A DNA stretch of 63,169 bases from Bacteroidales bacterium (GTDB lineage: Bacteria > Bacteroidota > Bacteroidia > Bacteroidales > UBA7960), in NCBI GenBank assembly GCA_003552075.1, contig PUOJ01000123.1, positions 1 to 63,169 on the forward strand, given 5' to 3'. Shown here piece after piece: positions 58,723-63,169 of this stretch. Position numbers and translations under genes: made by a program. The notes under the pieces were generated by a model that ran no database searches, was not told the DNA's origin, and worked only from the letters and a program-made list of their open reading frames with translations. Numbering within the stretch: position 1 is the first letter of the stretch; each line of letters begins with the position of its first letter.

Positions 58723-60717
58723 ATGAATCAGATAAACAAGGTATTGGTGGCTAACCGCGGTGAAATCGCACGGAGGATCATGAAAACCCTTCACCAGATG
58801 GGCATTTCTTCCGTGGCGATCTACCACGAGGCCGATGCCACATCGCTGCATGTGAGAGAAGCCGAGGAACGTTTCAAGCTACAGGGAAAGACCCTGACGG
58901 AAACCTACCTCGACATACAACAGGTCATTGACCTGGCCAATGAGTCAGGTGCCGATGCCATCCACCCGGGATATGGGTTTTTGTCGGAAAATCCTGCTTT
59001 TGCCACTGCCGTAGGCAATGCCGGACTGATTTTCATAGGCCCTTCAGCCGAAGCCATTCGGATCATGGGCAACAAAAAAGAGGCACGCGCGCTGGCCGCA
59101 GAGCTGGGAGTGCCCGTCATCGATGGGGCTGCGGGAGATACCGGCGAGTTGCTGCAAAAGGCCGCAGAAACAGGATTTCCTGTCCTTGTCAAGGCAGCAG
59201 CAGGCGGTGGCGGCAAGGGCATGCGCATCGCCAACAATGCCGAAGAGCTGGAAGAAGCCATTCAGCGGGCACGCCGCGAGGCACTCAGCTATTTTGGCAA
59301 CGACGAAGTCTATATCGAAAAATACCTCACCAAACCCAGGCACATTGAAGTGCAACTGCTGGCAGATCACCATGGCAATATGTGCAGTCTTTTTGAAAGA
59401 GAATGCTCCGTGCAGCGCCGGCACCAGAAGATCATTGAAGAAGCACCCGCCCCGAACCTCCAGGAGTCCGTGCGCAACAATATGATGGAGGCCGCACAAA
59501 AGCTTGCAAGGCATATCGGTTATACCAGTGCTGGCACGGTTGAATTCCTGGTAGAAAAAGATCATTTCTATTTCCTTGAGATGAATACACGCATCCAGGT
59601 GGAGCATCCGGTCACTGAGATGATCACCGGCCTCGACCTCGTCAAGGAACAAATCCACATCGCTTCTGGTAGGCCGTTACCCTATACACAGGAAAGCCTG
59701 CAATGCCAGGGCCATGCCTTAGAGGCCCGGATATATGCCGAAGACCCCGAGAACGAATTCCTGCCCTCACCGGGCAAGGTTTTGCTGCATCAAACACCCG
59801 AGGATAGCAGGCTAAGGATAGATACGGCCCTGGGCACCATGGGCGAGGTAAGCCGCATCTTTGACCCCATGATCAGCAAAGTCATATTTCATGCTTCTTC
59901 AAGGGATACTGCGAGGAAAAACATGATTCGCTACCTCAATGAATACGTCATCCTTGGCGTAAAAACCAACATCGCCTTCCTGAAAGACATCCTGGGAAGC
60001 GATGATTTTGCTGATGGCCACACCGACACCGGGCTTGCGGAACGCATCATGGCCAGTCCGCAAGCACCTAAGGATTGCCAGCAAGCTACGCTGAACCAAA
60101 ATCACTTGCTGGCGATGGCTTTCCTGTTTTCCCATGCCAGTGAACAGAATGGCCATAACATCTGGGGCGAGATCGGTTTCTGGCGACTGTTGCCCGAAGC
60201 CAGCCTGATGATCAATGACAGCACTTTAACTATCAACTATGTCTACCATGCCCCCAACCGCATCAGCATACCTGCTGAAAAAGGGCTGATCAACGTCAGC
60301 CTGCTGGATAAAAACCAGCATACCATGACCATTGAGATGGCGGGTTGTGTGCATAAGTTGTTCTATCTCGCTGACAACGGCGAAATCATCTTCCAGCACG
60401 AGGGTAAAACCGCCAGGGTCAGGCCGGTAAGGCACCTGGGCAAGGAAACACTCAAACGGATCAATGAAAATCCCGTGCTTGAAGGAGAAAGCATGATCCA
60501 CGCGCCCATGCATGGCACAGTCATCGATGTGCAGGTCAGCGCAGGCCAGGAGGTCAGCAAAGGCCAAACCCTGCTGGTGCTGGAGGCCATGAAGATGGAA
60601 AACAAGATCACGGCAACCGCCAAAGCGCGCGTGAAAAATGTGCATGTAAAACCCGGTGAAGTTGTTGCTGACAACGCCCCACTTGTACTTTTAACCGATA
60701 AAACCGCGGACAAATAG
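58723..60717 (+). CDS. acyl-CoA carboxylase alpha subunit (biotin carboxylase plus BCCP)
   Basis: ATP-grasp AAGGGGKGMR, EMNTRIQVEHPVTE, and a C-terminal biotinyl motif LEAMKMEN. Confidence 0.9.
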   Translation: MNQINKVLVANRGEIARRIMKTLHQMGISSVAIYHEADATSLHVREAEERFKLQGKTLTETYLDIQQVIDLANESGADAIHPGYGFLSENPAFATAVGNAGLIFIGPSAEAIRIMGNKKEARALAAELGVPVIDGAAGDTGELLQKAAETGFPVLVKAAAGGGGKGMRIANNAEELEEAIQRARREALSYFGNDEVYIEKYLTKPRHIEVQLLADHHGNMCSLFERECSVQRRHQKIIEEAPAPNLQESVRNNMMEAAQKLARHIGYTSAGTVEFLVEKDHFYFLEMNTRIQVEHPVTEMITGLDLVKEQIHIASGRPLPYTQESLQCQGHALEARIYAEDPENEFLPSPGKVLLHQTPEDSRLRIDTALGTMGEVSRIFDPMISKVIFHASSRDTARKNMIRYLNEYVILGVKTNIAFLKDILGSDDFADGHTDTGLAERIMASPQAPKDCQQATLNQNHLLAMAFLFSHASEQNGHNIWGEIGFWRLLPEASLMINDSTLTINYVYHAPNRISIPAEKGLINVSLLDKNQHTMTIEMAGCVHKLFYLADNGEIIFQHEGKTARVRPVRHLGKETLKRINENPVLEGESMIHAPMHGTVIDVQVSAGQEVSKGQTLLVLEAMKMENKITATAKARVKNVHVKPGEVVADNAPLVLLTDKTADK

Positions 60718-60825
60718 CTCCCCAATAAAGAAAAATTTATACTTTTACAAAACCTTAGGGCAACAATCGTTGTTATTTTTATAGCAAAATATATCCATAT
60801 TAAGTTAAGAATCAATTGATCATAC

Positions 60826-61977
60826 ATGGTGCAAAGTCTTTTTTTAACGGAGGCCCACGAGGAGTTGAGGGCGAAGGTTCGGCAATTTGCTGAGCAGGAG
60901 GTCAAGCCGGCAGCAGCTGAACTCGACGAGCAGGAGATTTTTTCTGAAGAGCTGACTGCACGGATGGGCGAGATGGGATTTTTTGGCATACAGGTACCCA
61001 AAGAATTAGGTGGACAAGGTCTGGACACCTTGTCCTACATCATCATTGTAGAGGAACTGGCCCGTGTCGACAGCTCGCAGGCAGCCACCGTAGCTGCGGT
61101 GAACTCGCTGGGCATTGCTCCCATTTTAAAATACGGCACTGAGGAACAAAAGAAGCGTTTCATCCCGCCACTATGCACCGGCAAAATGACCTGGGCCTTT
61201 GGGCTGACCGAAGAGAATGCGGGTTCTGATGCCATGGGGTCGGAAACCACAGCCATCCTGGAAGGAGATCATTGGCTCATTAATGGCAGCAAGACACACA
61301 TCACCAATTCCGCATCTCCCGTGTCAGGTGGCATCACCTTGCAGGCTGTTACCGGAGAAAATAAGGGCAAGAAGCGGCTTTCTGCCATCATTGTGGAGAA
61401 GGGAACACCCGGCTTTACTTCGGAGCCAAGCAAAGGCAAGATGATGTGGCGTGCCAGCGACACTGGCAAGCTCTACTTTGACAACTGCAGGGTGCCTGCA
61501 GAAAACCTACTGGGTGAAGAAGGCCAGGGTGGTCGCATCATGCTGAACACACTCGACTCTGGTCGCCTGTCTATAGCGGCCATCGGACTTGGTTTGTCGC
61601 GCGGCGTATTGGAAGCTTCCATTGAGCACGCCAAAACCCGCGTGCAGTTTGGAAGGCCCATCTCCAAATTTCAGGCCGTAGGTTTTAAGCTCGCCGACAT
61701 GGATGTCAAGATCGAGCTGGCCCAGAACACCCTCTATAATGCTTGCTGGCGAAAGGACAACAACATGCAGTTCGCCCGCGAGGCTGCCATTTCTAAACTG
61801 TATACCTCCGAGATCGCCAGGGAAATTGCAGACGAAGGCTTGCAGATCCACGGTGCAACAGGATTCTTCAAACCCCATCCCATGGAAAGGTTTTACCGCG
61901 ACCAGCGGCTCCTGCAAATTGGTGAGGGCACTTCCGAGATCCTGCGTTTGGTCATTTCCCGCTACCTGGGAGTATAA
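60826..61977 (+). CDS. acyl-CoA dehydrogenase
   Basis: 383 aa, ...FGLTEENAGSDA...ITNS...YRDQRLLQIGEGTSEI. Confidence 0.9.
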   Translation: MVQSLFLTEAHEELRAKVRQFAEQEVKPAAAELDEQEIFSEELTARMGEMGFFGIQVPKELGGQGLDTLSYIIIVEELARVDSSQAATVAAVNSLGIAPILKYGTEEQKKRFIPPLCTGKMTWAFGLTEENAGSDAMGSETTAILEGDHWLINGSKTHITNSASPVSGGITLQAVTGENKGKKRLSAIIVEKGTPGFTSEPSKGKMMWRASDTGKLYFDNCRVPAENLLGEEGQGGRIMLNTLDSGRLSIAAIGLGLSRGVLEASIEHAKTRVQFGRPISKFQAVGFKLADMDVKIELAQNTLYNACWRKDNNMQFAREAAISKLYTSEIAREIADEGLQIHGATGFFKPHPMERFYRDQRLLQIGEGTSEILRLVISRYLGV

Positions 61978-61991
61978 ACACCCCCATCTCT

Positions 61992-62990
61992 ATGGAAGAC
62001 CGAAAAAAAGACCATATCGACCTGGCCTTTGCTTCCCAAACACTCACATATCAGCTGGATAAGCGGTTTATGTACGAGCCGGTGCTGAGCAAGCACCCCC
62101 AGGAGGCCATTCCAGAAAGCACTTTCATTGGGAAAAAACTCAAGTTGCCCCTATGGGTCTCCAGCATGACGGGCGGAACCAAAATGGCCGGGCACATCAA
62201 CAAAAACCTGGCAAGGGCGTGCAAAGAGTTCGGCATGGGAATGGGACTGGGCTCCTGCCGTATCATTCTCGATGACGACACCTACTTTCCCGACTTTGAC
62301 GTACGCGACCTCATCGGAGACGACCTTCCGCTGTATGCCAATCTTGGCATCAACCAGCTGGAAATCCTTCAGATGGGAAAAAAGACGGAGAAAATCAACC
62401 AACTGGTTGACAAACTCCGGGCCGACGGTTTAATCATCCACATCAACCCCATGCAGGAGTGGTTTCAACCGGAAGGTGACCGCCTGCAAAGATCACCTGA
62501 AGCGTCAATCGCGCAGCTGCTTGAAGAGGTGGATTTCCCCGTGATGGCCAAGGAGGTGGGCCAGGGCATGGGCATGGAAAGCCTCCGCAGCCTCCTTAAA
62601 ATGCCGCTTGCAGCAATTGAATTCGGGGCTTTCGGGGGTACAAACTTTGCAAAAGTTGAGTTGCTGCGCGACAAAAACCAGCCTGAAGAGTTGTTTGAGC
62701 CGCTTTCGTTCATCGGCCACGATGCCGCCGAAATGCTCAATATGATTAACCAAATCGTTTACGAAGAAAAGGAAGCGATTCGCTGCAAACAGCTCATCGC
62801 ATCAGGCGGCATCAAATCATTCCTCGACGGATATTACCTCGTCAGAAAATCTGTACTTCCCGCCATCTATGGCCAGGCATCCACATTCCTTAAACATGCC
62901 CGGGGCGATTATGAAGAATTGCGTAAATTCGTACAATACCAGATCAAAGGGTTAGAGATGGCATACGCTTTCCTTCGAATCAGAGGGTAG
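61992..62990 (+). CDS. fni: type 2 (FMN-dependent) isopentenyl-diphosphate delta-isomerase
   Basis: KKDHIDLA..., ...PLWVSSMTGG..., ...GMGLGSCR..., ...AKEVGQGM..., ...ASGGI. Confidence 0.85.
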   Translation: MEDRKKDHIDLAFASQTLTYQLDKRFMYEPVLSKHPQEAIPESTFIGKKLKLPLWVSSMTGGTKMAGHINKNLARACKEFGMGMGLGSCRIILDDDTYFPDFDVRDLIGDDLPLYANLGINQLEILQMGKKTEKINQLVDKLRADGLIIHINPMQEWFQPEGDRLQRSPEASIAQLLEEVDFPVMAKEVGQGMGMESLRSLLKMPLAAIEFGAFGGTNFAKVELLRDKNQPEELFEPLSFIGHDAAEMLNMINQIVYEEKEAIRCKQLIASGGIKSFLDGYYLVRKSVLPAIYGQASTFLKHARGDYEELRKFVQYQIKGLEMAYAFLRIRG

Positions 62991-62992
62991 AA

Positions 62993-63036
62993 GGCTTCTG
63001 GCTTTTGGCTTTTAGCTGTTGGCTGTTGGCAAGAAA
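62993..63036 (+). repeat. heptamer hairpin element, copy F (left arm plus loop only)
   Basis: It begins 2 nt after the fni stop: GGCTTCT GGCTTTT GGCTTTT AGCTGTT GGCTGTT GGC AAGAAA. Other 7-mer words (TTAAGGG, GTTTGAG...) follow instead of the complementary arm. Confidence 0.8.
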
Positions 63037-63169
63037 GTTAAGGGTTAATGAGTTAAGGGGTTACTGGTTTGAGGTTTGAAGTTTTTGCATACCAGCTTGA
63101 AGCCATCGCATTCCCGGACTTTTTGACCTTTAGACATTTTGACTTTTAGACCTTTTTTACGCATGAAGA

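Overview
This 63.2-kb chromosomal window looks like a Bacteroidota genome. That assignment is an inference from four things: no Shine-Dalgarno sequences before confident starts, A-rich leaders, TTG-N19-TAnnTTTG promoter-like motifs, and a TonB-dependent receptor with a CarboxypepD_reg-like N-domain. I call 48 protein-coding genes, nearly all core functions:
- Metabolism: iorAB, gcvP, thyA-folA, folD, queE, aspartate kinase, and an enoyl-CoA hydratase / biotin carboxylase / acyl-CoA dehydrogenase / type-2 IPP isomerase cluster.
- Information processing: dnaB, dnaK, ffh, serS, rsmA, rpmB, rplU-rpmA.
- Transport and envelope: H+-pyrophosphatase and several transporters.

I saw no rRNA, tRNA, CRISPR array, transposase, integrase or phage genes. 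I also could not recognise a convincing new multi-gene defence or secretion system from protein content.

The most unusual signal is non-coding:
- A family of hairpin elements has arms made of tandem heptamers, (GGCTNTT)n - AAGAAA loop - (AAGCCAA-like)n, at six intergenic loci.
- Three copies start 2-3 nt after the stop codon of the upstream gene.
- Four copies carry a conserved, G-poor tail of about 60 nt that runs exactly to the ATG of the next gene, always co-oriented with it.
- A second module of about 50 nt occurs three times next to these hairpins. It holds an 8-codon mini-ORF (MKRAMPIY) and the palindrome CAATATATTG.
- A stand-alone (TTCYTAC)x12 array lies upstream of an ECF sigma factor gene.

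Protein-level oddities:
- L27 carries a 175-aa Lys/Ala/Glu/Pro-rich repetitive tail.
- An N-terminally truncated DnaB paralog without the arginine finger sits divergent from a B12-binding MerR (CarH/LitR-like) regulator.
- An MFS transporter has a duplicated soluble insertion.
- A NupC transporter has an extra lipoprotein-like N-domain.
- A degenerate PP2C-TM-LysM protein is present.

All family assignments come from reading motifs in the translations. No database search was run.
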